A stretch of DNA of 64,000 bases from an uncultured Methanomicrobiaceae archaeon (GTDB taxonomy: Archaea > Halobacteriota > Methanomicrobia > Methanomicrobiales > Methanoculleaceae): the NCBI GenBank assembly GCA_963826525.1, contig CAWGXH010000004.1, forward strand, positions 1,793,427 to 1,857,426. The letters run 5' to 3'. Made by a program: the position numbers and the translations under genes. Below are positions 63,513-64,000 of this stretch, one piece after another; within the stretch, counting starts at the first letter, position 1; each line of letters opens with the position of its first letter. The notes under the pieces were generated by a model, which was given only the letters and a program-made list of their open reading frames with translations, had not been told where the DNA came from and made no database searches.

Positions 63513-64000
63513 TTCGTTCCCTCCCGCTGTTGCGGTATCAATCTGGCTTTCCCGTCGGCGATCCACTTCTCCCAGATCCGTTTTGCTATCGGGCTCCGGA
63601 TCCGGTCGAGCATTTCCTGGGTAATTTCTCTCATGGTCTACTCCCGTGCGGGTGGATCGGAGTGATCGCTGCCGACGCGGTGGCGCCCCGGTTCGGGCGT
63701 TCGGCCGTCGGCAGGTTCCCGCACGTAAAAGAGGTTGACGAGAGGGGTTATAACTGCGAACCGCGCTTGGTGTAAGTCACATCTACAGAGGTGGCGTTCG
63801 AAAGACCTCGCACGTACTCCCGGCCACAGGGGGGATGCCGGCACCGGACGGTGGCGGATCGATCCGCACGCTGCTTTCGGGATCGGTCGCAAACGCTGAT
63901 CGGGATCGTCATTCTGTCGGCGGATTGTCGAAAATAGAGATGTGCATTGTTATTTTATTTGCGACACCGTGTCGCAAAGAGGTGTACATCGGTCGCAACT

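Larger units (their letters stand above)
53300..64000. mobile_element. Integrated plasmid/provirus-like element (left boundary uncertain, right end outside the window)
   Basis: Primase-NTPase rep gene, extra cdc6, holin-like peptide, Fic/Doc, toxin-antitoxin cluster, low-GC cargo. No integrase or att site seen within the window. Confidence 0.65.

Overview
Chromosomal window from a hydrogenotrophic methanogenic archaeon, most likely Methanomicrobiales (Methanoculleus-like, roughly 60% GC by eye). The assignment rests on archaeal markers (PCNA, PriL, Alba, S17e, archaeosine radical SAM, hypACE). The core backbone is pyrC, hypECA, cobY/cobD, cdrS-ftsZ, asd-dapB-dapA, priL-pcn, rlmE-moaA, M42 peptidase/aminotransferase/hxlB and lhr-MPE, with tRNA-Ser(TGA) and tRNA-Arg(GCG). 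Four accessory blocks interrupt it: (1) ~4.6-10.7 kb next to the tRNA-Ser 3' end, with bacterial-type pgk and ATP-pfkA, a dynamin-like gene and an enolase relic; (2) a low-GC glycosylation cluster at ~31-34 kb; (3) a run of secreted/membrane genes with a duplicated promoter-leader at ~47-50 kb; (4) ~53-64 kb, an integrated plasmid/provirus-like element with a toxin-antitoxin cluster, Fic/Doc, a ClpP-like protease, cdc6 and a primase-helicase rep gene. The most striking unexplained signal is a ~290-bp non-coding element in three diverged, colinear copies (7725, 46617, 55209). Each has a TATA-like start, fixed-spaced conserved blocks and a terminal GC hairpin; two copies show ~10.5-bp phased A/T tracts. 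It is physically linked to the 3' end of an uncharacterised internally duplicated ~167-aa gene, which is full-length at 55.5-56 kb and survives as a 9-codon relic at 8.0 kb. Many genes, including essential ones, carry single-base indels that are best read as long-read assembly errors.
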